Assembly: GCA_048213135.1 (NCBI GenBank) | Contig: PS015024.1 | Span: forward strand, 33,809-75,028 | Length of the DNA: 41,220 bases | From: Reclinomonas americana ATCC 50394 | Taxonomy: Eukaryota | Direction of reading: 5' to 3' | The notes under the pieces: generated by a model | Database searches by the model: none | Told to the model about the DNA's origin: nothing | Seen by the model: the letters and a program-made list of their open reading frames with translations, nothing else | Program-made: the position numbers and the translations under genes | Shown here: positions 1 through 12,884 of the stretch, in pieces | Layout of the letters: every line of letters begins with the position of its first letter | How positions within the stretch are numbered: the stretch's first letter is position 1

Positions 1-174
1 GGGGGGAGAAGGTGGCGTGTGCCAAGCAAGGGAGAGGGTCGTGAGGAGATGGAAGAAGCTGCGATTAGTGCACGCACGTTGCGATCGACTTTTCTCGCAA
101 GATACGAGAGATGTAACGGGTTCGGGCTCGATTCGTTGGGTGGGCCGGACCGTGGATTCAGCAGGGACATCAAC

Positions 175-302
175 ATGGTTTGTGCGCGCGCGTGTTATGC
201 TGCTGCTGCGTGACGGGTTGTGCTTAATGAGGACTTTGTGTTTGTGTGCAGGCGTCACGCGAGTTCAACATTCACTCGCAGATCGAGCACTTGCAGTCCA
301 AG
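175..302 (+). CDS. SF3B5: Splicing factor 3B subunit 5 (SF3b10), 5' part; remainder lost in GA repeat/gap
   Basis: ATG 175-177, GT-AG intron 178-251, exon 252-302 gives MASREFNIHSQIEHLQSK, matching the SF3B5 N-terminal motif IHSQLEHLQSK; next donor at 303. Confidence 0.85.
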
Positions 303-320
303 GTGACATGGCCACTCCGA

Positions 321-549
321 CAGAGAGAGAGAGAGAGAGAGAAGAGAGGGAGAAGGGAGGGAGGGAAAGAGAGGGAGAGGGAGGAGGAGGGGGAGGAGGG
401 GAGAGAAAGAGCAAGTTCCAGAGTGAAGAGAGGGAAGGGATTGAAATCGTGTGTGTTAGAGAGTGAGAGAGAGAGAGAGAAGGGAGGGAGGAGAGAGGGA
501 GGAAGAGGATAGAGAAGAGAGAGAGAGAAGGGAATGAATTTGTGTGTGA

Positions 550-602
<53 letters not shown>
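321..602. repeat. Purine-rich (GA)n/(GT)n microsatellite tract in SF3B5 intron 2
   Basis: Long GAGAGA, GGAGG and GTGTGT runs ending next to gap 612-1119. Confidence 0.95.
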
Positions 603-605
<3 letters not shown>

Positions 606-1204
606 GTACGTNNNNNNNNNNNNNNNNNNNNNNNNNNNNNNNNNNNNNNNNNNNNNNNNNNNNNNNNNNNNNNNNNNNNNNNNNNNNNNNNNNNNNNNNN
701 NNNNNNNNNNNNNNNNNNNNNNNNNNNNNNNNNNNNNNNNNNNNNNNNNNNNNNNNNNNNNNNNNNNNNNNNNNNNNNNNNNNNNNNNNNNNNNNNNNNN
801 NNNNNNNNNNNNNNNNNNNNNNNNNNNNNNNNNNNNNNNNNNNNNNNNNNNNNNNNNNNNNNNNNNNNNNNNNNNNNNNNNNNNNNNNNNNNNNNNNNNN
901 NNNNNNNNNNNNNNNNNNNNNNNNNNNNNNNNNNNNNNNNNNNNNNNNNNNNNNNNNNNNNNNNNNNNNNNNNNNNNNNNNNNNNNNNNNNNNNNNNNNN
1001 NNNNNNNNNNNNNNNNNNNNNNNNNNNNNNNNNNNNNNNNNNNNNNNNNNNNNNNNNNNNNNNNNNNNNNNNNNNNNNNNNNNNNNNNNNNNNNNNNNNN
1101 NNNNNNNNNNNNNNNNNNNCTCTCCCTCTCCCACTCTCTCCCCGTGCGTGCGTGTGCATTGCATTTGCGCTTTTCGTCTGATTTTGTGAACGTTACCAGT
1201 CTCG

Positions 1205-4200
1205 ATGATGGAGGAGGGCGCAGAGTCGCCAGTGGGCAGTCCCAGCGGCGTTCTCAGCCTACTCGACTCGTATGTGTACTCGGACGACGACGACGACGAC
1301 GACGACGATGCCGCCGCGATGCAGCAGCAAGCGGCGATGCAGTCGCAGCCCATGCTGATGATGATGGACAACCGGCAATACCATCCGCCTCCCGCGTGGC
1401 CATCGGCCACCCTGCCCGCGCTGAGCTCTTCTGCGAGCACAGTGACACCGGTGACAGCCAGTGGCATGATGCTGACGGCCATGACACCGCCGCGGCCACC
1501 GAAACAGACGGCGCGTTCGCCGGCTCGCAAGACCGAGGAGAGCGACGAGGATGTGCGCACGCTGCATGCCACCAGCAGCGAGTTCTCCGTGCTGCGCGCC
1601 CACGTGCACGAGGTGAAGGAGCTCACGCAGCGCATGGAGGTGCTGCAGGAGCGCTTGCGCAAGGAGGAGGCGGCTAGGATCTCGGCACAGAGCGAGACCG
1701 AGAAGCTGTTGAGCGAGGGCGAGACGGTGCTCGAGCAGCTCGTGTCGTACAAGAAGCGTGCAGAGGAGGACCGCGTGTTGCTGAGCGAGCTCAACACACG
1801 CAACGACAGCCTGTGCGCGCAGCTGGCGGACGAGATGAAGCGGCAGGCCGAAGCGCGCTCCGAGCTGGCCACCGTTGTGCGTGAGCGAGACGAGGCACNN
1901 NNNNNNNNNNNNNNNNNNGGCGTCGCATCGCCGACGTCGAGGAACAGCTGGCCACGCACAAGCGGGCGGCAAAGGAGACGACGGAGCAGCAGCTCGTCGA
2001 GTGCGAGCAGCAGTGGTGCGTTTTCAGAAAAAAGAACATTGGACGTGCCGTCGTGAGTCTCACTACTCCCGTTCCCCATCATGCAGGTTGGCGGCGACAC
2101 AGGAAATCGAGATGCGCTTGACCACGCAGCTGAACGACATGCGCAAGGCCATGGAGGATGTGGAGGCGAAGAACCGCCTCATGCAGCAGTCGATTGCCGA
2201 GTTTGAGGGCACACAGAATGGGATCAAGCAGAAGCTGCGGTGAGTGGCGAGTAGTGTCAAGTGCCATCCACCACCACCACCATATGTTTGTGGCACTCAC
2301 CGCAAAGCAGAGCGCGAGACGGATCACTGGCCGACATTCGTACACAGCTGGACGACGCACGGCAGCAGCTGTCGGAACGCGATCGCATGATCGACATGCT
2401 GCGCATGGACATTGAGGCCATCACCAAAGAACTCATTGGACAGACGCAGTGCTTGGAGAGAGATCACCATGTGTGTCGTGAGCTGACCGCTCGCGTGGAA
2501 GAGTTGCATCGCGAGCGTGCACAGTTGATGACCAGCAACAAGGTGAGTAGAATAACTGGCACGGCGGCCCCATAACGCGCATGTGCTCACCGCCGGTGAG
2601 TCGCAGACATTGGAGGAGGGCAAACTGGTGGCCGAGGGAATGGTGGAGCTGCTGCGACAGCAGCTGAACAAGTTTACACGCTCAAACTCGCTATCGCACG
2701 AATTCGAGCAGCAGACGCGACAGTTGGAGGAGATGAACGCCTCACTGGTACGTTGGGGCAGACAAGACTCAGGAGCAAATGATGCCGACTCTTACCATCT
2801 CTACGCCGCGCAGATGACTAAACTGGGCGAAGGTAATGCCGACCGGGAACGTCTGGCTGGCGAGCTTGAGCAGTCGCGCCAGAAGATTCGCGAAGCAGAG
2901 GAGCGCGCCAACACGCTGGCACAGCAGCTGGACAACAAGGACAAGCATCACCGCAAACTGGTCTGTGAGCATGCCGAATTGCGCAAGAAGGTGAGAGACG
3001 GCGCGCAGATGCAAACGTATCGCGACTGCGCACCAACACGTGAGTGCAGGAACAAGAGTGGGAGGAAGAGAAGCAGCAAATGTCGGGCAAGGTGACACAC
3101 CACACCGATCTGGTGTCGCGCGCCAACGACACCGTGGCGCAACTGAATCGGCGCATCGAGCGACTGGAGAAGGCCAACCGCGAGCACGTGCAACAGAGCG
3201 AGGAGCTCAGAAAGTGCGTCTTGGGTGGAACGAATATCATCACAACTGTTGGCTCATCCACATGGCTATTGTGTATTTATGTGGGTGCAGGCAAGCGCAG
3301 GACCAAGCAGACCTGATACAGCGACTCCGACAGCAAGTCGACGTGCAACGCGAGTCACTGGACCAGTCGGAGAAAGACATTGCCAGCTTACGGCTAAAGG
3401 AGAAGCACTTGCAGGAGGCATTGAAGGAGAGCAATCAGCGAGTGGCTCTCTTCCACACTGACGCCCGTGAGATCGTGACGCACACTGAGAGGTTTGAGTG
3501 CAGGAGTCGACAGCACTGTACTTGCCGTCACTCACTTGTTCATTTGCAGATTGGTGGCCGACAACGAGACACTGAAATCGACGCTGCGAGATCGCGATGC
3601 AACAATTGCTGTGCAATCATTGAGTCTGAAACAGATGGCCGAGGAGAATGAGAGGCGGCACGCCGAGCAACGCCAGGCCAACGAGCAGCAAGTGCAGAGA
3701 CTGCGGCAGGAGATGACCTCGATGCACGCTGCGCAGGTCAATGTGGAGGCCGAGCTGGCCGAGGCGTCGGCGATTAACAATGAGGTCGGTGACGTGCTGC
3801 TCTTTGTACCCTTGCCACCCACGATACTCATTGGTGCATCAATCCGTACAGCTTCGTCTCTTGTTGCACGAGAGCACGGTGCAATGTTCGCACCTGGAGG
3901 CTGCACTTACGCAGGTGCACGAAAGCGAGAGGCACTTGCGATCGTCGGTGGTGGAGGCGGGCCAGACGGAGCGCCGAGCCGCCGAGCTGGAGCAGCAGCT
4001 GAATGAGCTGCGCCTCGCACATGTCGAGACGGAGACCAAGGTGCGAGGATGGCGACGAAAAATACGTACTATGTGGTTTACTGACGATTTTGGCACAGTT
4101 GGCCAGCGCAACGCAAGAGCACGAGGCACTGCAAAGCAAATACGCCTCGTTGCAGCAGCGACTAAAGGAGGCCGACAAGACTCGAACTGCACTGCAGAAG

Positions 4201-7200
4201 GAGCGTGAGGAGCTGCAAACACAGCACGCGACGCTAGAGAGCGAGCTGAAGCGCGAACAAGCGGTTGGTCGCCGGACAAAGGTGCGTTGCCGACGATGGT
4301 GCTGTCGACTCTCTGTATTATTTCGTACTCACGCAGGCACGCATGCACACGCACACACAGGAGGAACTGCAGAAGCGCATGGATCAGCTGCGAAAGAAGG
4401 AGCGTTCCAGCATGGAGAATGGTACACGAGCCCGTGACCTGGAAGACGAGGTTCACAGACTCGGCGAGCGCCATGAGCAGATGCGCCAGTTTGTCAGCCG
4501 ACTCAGCAGCCTGATGGCGGCCCGGCGATCGCTGAGTGCCACTGGCATGGGTGAGTCGCCTAGTTGCATCCATAGGAGAATGAGAGTCTCACCAGTTTGT
4601 ATTGTCGTAGCTGCTCTGGATGGAGACACGGTGTTGCTGGAGGCAGCGCTGTTTGAGCAGGATCTTCCACGCTGCCTGGAGCGCCTCGGCACCTGGCTGG
4701 ATGAGGTGTGTCGCTCATAGCCGCGTACCGTGTGTACGCAAGTAGAGGCACTCACGTGTGTTGTGTGGCATGCAGACTCTGGTTGCAGGAGAGGATGCAC
4801 AGCGCATGACCGTGCAACTGGAGGCCGCCGTGCTGGAGCTCGCTCGAGGTGTGGAGGCGATGGAGGCGCAAAACAAGGTGGCCACCAATGGTGAGTTGCT
4901 GTTCCGGCACCCGGCACTTGTCTACTGCATTTCTGTTGTCTCACCATGCTCACAGACTGCCAAGAGCTGCGCGGGTTGCTGGAGCAGACGCTCAGCGACC
5001 GACAACAGTTGGAGTGTGAGGTTCACCGGCTGCAGGGCCAGTTGGAGGCTCTGGGACGGAAGACCGAGAAGGCACAGGCTGATGTTACTCACCAGAGTGC
5101 GCCACCGGCCCCTGTCCACGAGGCAGCTGCCACCCAGACGCAGGCGCAAATTGACGAAGCAGCGCAGCGCATGACGCAAGTGGAGACTGAACGTGCACGA
5201 TTGGAGACGCAACTGAAGGAAATGCGCACTCGTATGGAGAGCAAGCGTGAGCGGTGGGCGAAGCAAAAGGATTCGTTCAAGCAGCAGTCGGAGCAGTGGG
5301 CACAAGAATCGGCTGCACACCGTGCCGAAATGGACCGCCTGCGTGACCAAGTTGCGGAAAGCGACGTATATCTTGAATCGCCCCTTGTCGCCATGTCACT
5401 GACGAGCGCGTGAACAACACACAGTTGACTGAGAGCACCGACAAGAAACGCGAGTTGTACCACAAGTGGCAAAAGACGCGCGACGATCTGCAGCAACGCG
5501 AGTCCACCATTGCGTCACTGAAGAGCATGGTATGCATGTGTGTTCATTTTATCTCCCGACTCGTGAGCTGACTTGTTTGCGCTAGATTGCCGAGCTGCAG
5601 AGTAAGGCTGAGGAGTCGGAGATGGAGCGTCGCAAGGCTACCACTCTGCTGCGTGAGATGCGCGACAAGAACGTGGAGCTCCGCACGCAGTTGGACGCGC
5701 GTACGCTCGTCTCCAGTCGACACGCCGACGATGTTGTCACGGAGAAGAACAAGGAGATTCATGCGCTCCACGCAGAGCTTCGCGACGCGCAGAACCTGCT
5801 GGAGCAGAGTCGCGACTGCCTGCAGAAGCTGGAGGCTTCATGCATGCAGCGGGACTCGCAGATTCAGAAGCTGCATGCAGATTTCACCAGCGCCAACGCC
5901 AGAGTGCGTGAGCTGGAGGCCAATGCCGAAATGGATGCCACCACGCGTCAGCAGCTGACAGACGACAATCGACAACTGCGCTCCAACTGGCAGTCGATGC
6001 AGGAGGAGAGTCGCCGACACAACCAGCAGTTGCAGGAGTCACGCGATACGGTGAGGGGCAAGTGAAGCGCGGAGGTGTGACCCCTTTGTGTGCAAGGCAA
6101 CTCAACGTGTGTTGTCTGTTGTTGCAGGTCGCGCATCTTGAGGCCGAGGTTATCAAGCTCTCGACCAATCTGCAGTTGGCACAGCAGCGCATTCATGAGG
6201 TCCAAGATGCTGGCGAGCGAGCCAAGTTGCGCCCAGATTTTGTCTGCACACTGGCGCTTGCGGTGAGCTCATCTCTTTTTCAATTGTTGGCTGCTTGTCA
6301 GGTCACGGACGCAGGCCAAGAGCGTTGAGCGCAAGAAGATGGAAGATGAGCTGCGCGACGCCAACGATCGCAGCACGAAACTGCAGGAGGAACTGGAGAG
6401 CAAGTTGCGTGTTTTGTGAGTGTCACGGCGTTGTCTTGTTCGTCGTGCTCAACAGAATGCTTTGTGTCGTGCAGGCTCAAGAAGGTCCGCAAATTGACGG
6501 AGCGCGTGACGGAACTGCAGAACAAGGGTCAAGCAGATGAGCGGAAACGCGCAAACATGTCCAAGGAGCTGGAGAAGCTGCGATTGAGTGTGGTGCAGCT
6601 GGAGAGCGAACGCACGCAGTTGCAAAGGTGCGTTTTGCACGACACAACACACAAAGCAGTTTCTCACGACAGTTTTGTGTGCCACGTACAGTGCAAACAA
6701 GGCTAGTTCGGCCGTCCTGGCCAACCTGCAACTCGAGGTGCGTGAGCGAGACACGCAGATCCGAATTCTGCGCGATTCGCTGCACGTGTCGGAGCAGCGT
6801 GCCGGTGCGTTCGAGTCGCAGACGCGAGATGTGGAGCGGGCATACAGCAGCGAGTCACGTGAGTACTGTGGTGCTTATTTGCGTGACTCTGCCTGTTGCT
6901 GAGCTTGCGTGTCGCGGCCATGCAGAGCGACTGCAGCGTGACGGTCAGCAGTTTGGTCAATTGTGCGCAGCCGAGGCAGCAGCTACTTGTGCGCGCCTCC
7001 TGGCCAAGCATGTGGGCTACACTGACTCGGCGGCCACCGAGGGGAGGGCAGCGAATGGCGACGATGATGGAGATGACGATGGTGGCATCGGCAGCGGCAC
7101 GTTCTTGTCGGGCTTTGCTGCAGAGCTGTCGGAGCAGCAACAGAGTTGAGTGTTCCTCCGTGGCATGCATGCAACTGATGGGCGATTGGGCTGACCCGAC

Positions 7201-9202
7201 AACATTCTCGTGACAGGCATGAGCAAGCACTGGGCTCCACTGCTTCGCGAAGTCCGAGCCAATGCGCAGCGCATGTGCATCGATGTGGCCGAGTTTGCCA
7301 AGCGCAAGATTGCACAGTTGCACGGTCGAGCTGTGCGGGAGACGGAACGAAGGGAGAGCGCAGAGCGCGCACTGTCCGAGTCAGCGGAGAAGCTGTCGTT
7401 GCAGAGTGGTGCGGCGGAACAACGCATGCTCTTGATCTCTTGGTGGGGCGGTGACTGACTCGCGTTGTGTGCTCTGCATCTAGCGCTGCTGTCGTCGACC
7501 GTGTCTGCTCGCGAGTCGGTGGAAGCTCAACTGGCCGAGTACAAGGTACTCCTCGGCAGAGATTGCCTCCAGCAGCGTATGCATGCACGTGTTCACTGTG
7601 TCTGTGCACAGCAAATGGCTGCCAAGGAGCAGGCTGCACTGCGCGAGCAAATGGATCGACTGCAGGAGTCGGCTCGTGAGCACAAGGCGCAGGTGAAGAC
7701 GTTGGAGAAGGAGGTGCGCCAAAAGTCGCAAGACTCGGCCAGTGCTCGTGACGACCTCGGCAAGCGGCTGGAGGAGGCACAGTCGCGCATTGCGGAAATG
7801 GAGGAGCGAGCTCGGACCGCCGATGAGACCATTGCCGGTCAACGTGAGCGGTGAGTTTATCCAGCACTGGAAGCAAGGAATTTGTGAAGCTGACATGCAT
7901 GTGCGTGCTTTCCACAGCATTCAAACGCTGTTCAAGCAGAACGAAAAGGCGCTGAAGACGCGCAATCGTACCTCCGAGGAAGTACATCGACTGCAGAAGC
8001 AGGTGGTCAAGCTGCAGACGCAGCTGGATATGGAGACGCAGGTCAGTCCGATCGTTGACTCCTTCACTTCAAGCACTTGTTCACGGTCGCTACAGGCAAA
8101 ACGCACCACGCAAGAGGAGCTGCGTGATCGAACAACCAAGCTCTCACGAGCACAGGCTGAGATCCGCACGCTGAAGAGCAAGCTGGAGCACAGCGTGGAA
8201 GAGGGCAATGTTGCGTGCGTCGCCTCCCAGGCGGAGAGCGACCTGGCTCAGTTGCAAGTCGAGGTCGCCGGCCTTCTCTCGTTCTCGTCCGAGGTCAGTG
8301 TGTGACAAGGAGGTGACGGTGCTCGATATCCTGTAGTGTTGACTTGCCTGTGCACACAGATGGAGAAGCAGTTGGCGGCCGCGCTGCAGGACCTGCAGAT
8401 GCGCGACGAGGAGAACCGAGAGCTCGCCAAGGCGTACACGGTGTTGGAGGCCGAGTACCTCGACTACGTGCAAGTGCAGGAGATTGAGACGGCGAGGCTG
8501 AGTGCGCGCTGCGAGCAGCTGCAGCAGTTGTACCAGAACCGCTACGATAGCGCCATGGCCGCGCCCGCGCCAACTCCGACACCGCCGCAAGTGCAAGCAC
8601 CAGCACAACAACAGACCCCGGCACCGGCTCTTGCGCCGCCCGCCACGCTGATTACGCCTGCCACGGCGCCACCTGCAGCACCGCCGGCGCCGATTAGTGC
8701 ACCGACGCCCATTTTGCAGGCACCCGCATCAGCACCCGCTGCACCACCAGCCCCCACGCCAGTGGAGAGTAGCGAGAATCGATGGTTTACGCCGTCGTTC
8801 CGCCACCCGTCCATTGTGTTTCCGTCGTCGTCCGCGTCCGTGTCCACCGTAGCCACGACAGACAGCGCCACTCGACGACACGTGCAGCTGGTGTTGCCGC
8901 AAGAGTCAGTGTCGCCACAGCTGACGGCCACTGACCTGCTGGACATGGATGCGAGTGTGCTCGACTCGGGCCGTGCCCTGGCCGCCACTCGCGCCGCCGC
9001 TGCGGCTGCTGCCGTGGCAGCCGAGCAGTCACTGAGTGGTCACATGCCCTCAGCTGCCGCGCAGGCATTGGCCGACGAGACGCCACTGGTGCTACGTAGT
9101 GGGGCCGCCAAGCCTGCTGCTTCATCATCAACATCCATGGGCCCACCACCACCAAGTGGCTACGCGCGAATGTTTGGCGAGAAGAGGCGAGCGCAGCGGT
9201 GA
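1205..9202 (+). CDS. Very large coiled-coil protein (about 2000 aa, about 27 exons) with low-complexity N-terminus and Pro/Ala-rich C-terminus
   Basis: 26 short GT-AG introns join E/Q/R/L-rich heptad ORF segments in a consistent frame from ATG 1205 to TGA 9202; a 20-N gap at 1899-1918 interrupts exon 1. No specific family recognised. Confidence 0.8.
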
Positions 9203-9299
9203 TTTACACATTACAACCTTTACCCTCCTTTCGTTTCCCTGTGATTTTTGTCGCTGTATTATGTAAATGCACACATGTTTTTTTGGTTTACTGCAATGT

Positions 9300-12200
9300 C
9301 TATCTAGGGTGGTGGTGATGCTGCAGCTGCTTCTTTTTCGAGTGCTCCAATATGAATGCGAAGTCCTCGGCCACAGCAGTGTATCGTGAAATGCGTCCAC
9401 CGTCGCCTGCGTGGCCTCCCACGGACAACACTCGGCACACAACAGGGGCCGTCACACCGTGCTGCTGACGGGCAGCTCGCAAGCGTGCCACATACTTGAC
9501 TGGATTCCACGTCGGCACTCGCGCATCGTTCACAGCCGACACGACGAGCACTGCCGGGTGTGCCATGCTGTCACACAGGCATGTCAACGAAACCAACACC
9601 TCACCAGTGAATGTAATCGCAGAAGGTGTATACCGCTGTTCAGGGGATGCCGACCACCTTTGAACACTGCTGTCAATGTTCTCGTAGGGACTGTACGAGG
9701 CCACATAGTCGTAATCCATCTGGTTGTTCTCCACATCGCCCCATTCCTGGTTTCAGCAGATTGAAAGTGAGCGGTGCGGGGAGAGGAGGGGCAGTGAACA
9801 CATTGTGGACCTCCGTGTCAACCGAAGAAATGGCATCTTTGTGCGACGTCATGCTGGTGAGTACATCCACAAACGGCGCCTTCAGCACGGCACTCCGAAA
9901 CAGGTCTGGTCGCATGTTGATCGACGCCGCTGTGACAACAGATCGTCAGACAGGGAATGAGAGGGAGGTAGGGGGGAAGGAAGTCGCCGCGAACCAACGA
10001 GCAGGCCGCCGGCACTCATGCCCCACGCAGCAAGGTCACCCTCTGCCGCATACTTGGACTGCTGCAAGTGTGCGGCACAGGCCACAAAATCGTGAAACGA
10101 ATTCATCTTGTTGCGCAGCTTGCCGTTCTTGTACCACGACTGTGAGAATTCGCCACCACCACTGCGCACAAGCACTGTCAGAATGCAGAAGCAGAGAGAG
10201 TGTGCTGAGCAACCTACCGCACAAGGGCTACCGCCACAATCCATCCACGGTCCAACAGGCTGAGATAGCCCGGATCGAAATTCGTCTCGGCCGAGATGCC
10301 GTACGCACCGTAGCCACGCAGGAATGTCGGGTTGCTGCTCATCATCCTTCGTAAGAGAGACAAGAATCGCGTAAGACGTGGCAGTAGCAAACAGACCCGT
10401 CAGTCACGTCTCGCAGGCTCCTGCGGTAACCCACAAGAGTCGGCACTTGCACACCGTCGTGCGACGTCGCATGCACGACCTCCAGCGTGTACTCGGAAAA
10501 ATCAATTTGCCGCTGCCCGTCTGCGCCACAGTCCAGTTATTCATTGCGGGTGAGGGAGAGAGAGAAAACACACTTGTGCATACCAAAGAGCTGCACTCGA
10601 TCCAGCTGCCGACACTGACCAGTGCGCAGGTCCAAGTCACACGTGGTGAGTGGATGCACCGGAGACGAGTACGTGAAGCGGAACACCGCATGATCGACAT
10701 CCTGTGGCACATCACGTGAGTACAGCGAGTGGGAGAGAGAGACAACTAAAAATGCTGTGCCAGTACCGCATTGGCTCCTGGCTCCACGGCCACAGCTCCC
10801 TCCGGCAACTCAGCCTCCACCAGCTGATATCGCGACGGCTGCAACACGCGGCTCGCACCAGCAGTCGGCACAGGTGCCTGATGGGGAGCAGCAGCTTCGG
10901 GTGAATTCGGCCGAATGTTAAACCAGCGTCTTCGCGCCGACGATGTACGTGTTGGTGGTGAGGGCTGTTGGGTGGAGGCACCACCACCAACATCGTGCAA
11001 TACGTGCACGAACGCCCGACCACCACTTCTGCCAAAGATCACCACCGACGACTGTACAGCCAAGAGTCAGCATTCGAGACCTGCAGATTGTGCGCCAGAC
11101 GTCCCACCGAAAACACGTGAAAGCCATGCGGACACTCGCCCGGCAGCGGTCTGTACACATCGGTCCATGCGTGGCGGTCGGCGATCTTGTCGAGTGGGGC
11201 GCACGACAACACAAAGTCGTCTGGCGAGCCGTCGGCGAAGTTTTGCAGAATGTAGAAGAGGCCCTGATCGAGAAAGGGGAAAGGGTTTGGGAGGGAAGTG
11301 AGGGAAGGGAGAGGGAAGAGAGGGATGGAAGGGAGGGAAGGGAGGGAAGGGAGGGAAGGGAGGAAGGGAGGGGAATGAGGGGAAAGGGAGAGGGAAGGGA
11401 GAGGGAAGGGAAGGGAAGGGTGTGGGGAGGGCAAGGGAAGCGAAGGAAAGGGAAGCGAGGAATGAAGGCAAGCAGGCAGGATGGAGGAATGAACCAAGGG
11501 TGGACGCAAGGAGGTGAAGGCAGCATGATCGACAAACAGAGAGGAGTGTGTGAGGGATTTCACGGCTGTGCGCAGACGCACTTGGTAGTGGTCCACCAAA
11601 GTGACCTGGTCGTGTTTCTGACCCGGCACGGCTGTCAACTGCGTTGGCTGTTGCGTCGGGGCGACAAACACGGTGGACTCGCTCCGACTGGCCAGTGTCA
11701 AAACAATGAACTCCTGCAATTAAAAGAGAGGTCACCACTTGTCTCTTCTTGTCCTTCATCGTACACACATGTGTTATAACACAAACCTTGTCGCGCGACA
11801 CATGCACATCCACCAGAGTGGATGGATCGGCTGCGTACAGCAGGCGCACATCCGTTGCCTGCGGCGTTCCCAGCACATGGACCAGCACCTGTGACGACGA
11901 CAGCATTTGCAAGTGAGTGCTACTGAGCCAGGACGGCAGAAGACAAGTGCTGCACCTCGGAAGGTCGACGGTTCTTGTCGATTCTCGTGTACACCACTCT
12001 CTCGTGGTCGAGGTACTCAAAGGCAAGGACGTTGCGCAGCTCACAGTGCAACATGCCATCAACCACGTTGCGCACGTACATGTCATACGTCTCCGTGCCA
12101 TGGGCATCCAGCAGGAAACCAAAGTGACTGCCGGCAATCAGCACCGCTTCACACCATTCCCCTTCCGCTGCACTTACCGATCGTCCGGCGACATGTGCGT

Positions 12201-12809
12201 GCTCGTTCCCATGCCCACATACGCCGCATTCAACGTCGTCGTATTGAGCAGCACCTGTTCTGCACCACGCAGCCGCCGTGGAGGCACATCACCAACACGA
12301 TACGGTCGCCGACAGTACACCGACGTGTTATGCCCCTCGTCCACACGCTCATAGTACCAGTAGCCGCGACACAGCTCCGCCGTCGATGCGTGCGTCGGCG
12401 ACAGGCACTCACGCATCTCCTACGCACACATACACACACACACGAGCAGTCGTCGTCAGCAGCAGGCAGCGCGCAGACAACTCCACGAGTGGTGGAATGC
12501 ACATTGAGCAGCTGTCGCTTGAGTGCATCGTACGACGCTCCCTGACTGTGTGCGTATTGATTCTCTGCGGCAATGTGACTGCGCAGGAGGTGTCCTTGTT
12601 GTGCGTCTTGCATCCATGCGTAGGGATCGATGCGGCGTCGTGTGCCGCTGAAGAGCGATGATTCACTGGCGACAACACGGGCGATGGGTGGTGCAACGCG
12701 ACTGTGTGTGAGTGTGAGAGGGAGGGTAGATAGGGAGGTGTGGAGGGGGAGGGTGGGGATACACGTGCCTGCGCAGGAGAGCGCGGACCATGCCGCCCAC
12801 TCCACTCAT
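9300..12809 (-). CDS. Oligopeptidase B / protease II (prolyl oligopeptidase family S9A)
   Basis: Spliced product contains RIDPYAWM, GYWYYER, LRGYGAYG, VRGGGEF..WYKNGK..KMNSFHDF, nucleophile motif GMSAGG, RPDLF..AVLKAPFVDVL, EEWGD, SYSPYENI, NDARVP.W.P.KYVARLR and GGH; about 14 introns. Confidence 0.93.
11275..11470. repeat. GGAAGGGAG-type purine-rich low-complexity repeat inside an oligopeptidase B intron
   Basis: Tandem GGGAAGGGA units; on the coding (minus) strand this is a long polypyrimidine tract. Confidence 0.85.
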
Positions 12810-12884
12810 CGCAGCTTGTGTTCCGTGCAAGTGAGTCGATCGAGTGGTCCGTGGATCCCACGGCCTCCCACCCTTGTCACAAGC

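Noticed and set aside
601-611. AG-TAC-GTACGT could be a 3-nt SF3B5 microexon encoding the expected Tyr
   Set aside because: The acceptor is a GA repeat with no branch site or pyrimidine tract, and it lies at a contig edge.
265-2100. Long ORFs running through N gaps (also 19831-21605, 31678-32868)
   Set aside because: Artefacts of translating N as X; most other antisense ORFs are shadows of GC-rich coding sequence.
5351-7150. Reading the GTTG donors as non-canonical TT-AG introns after AG
   Set aside because: Frame is preserved at 5351, 6404 and 7145 only if the cut is before the G, so they are GT-AG.
8210-8230. GTTGCGTG..CAG as a 21-nt intron
   Set aside because: Far below local intron size, no branch motif, and the sequence reads through in frame.
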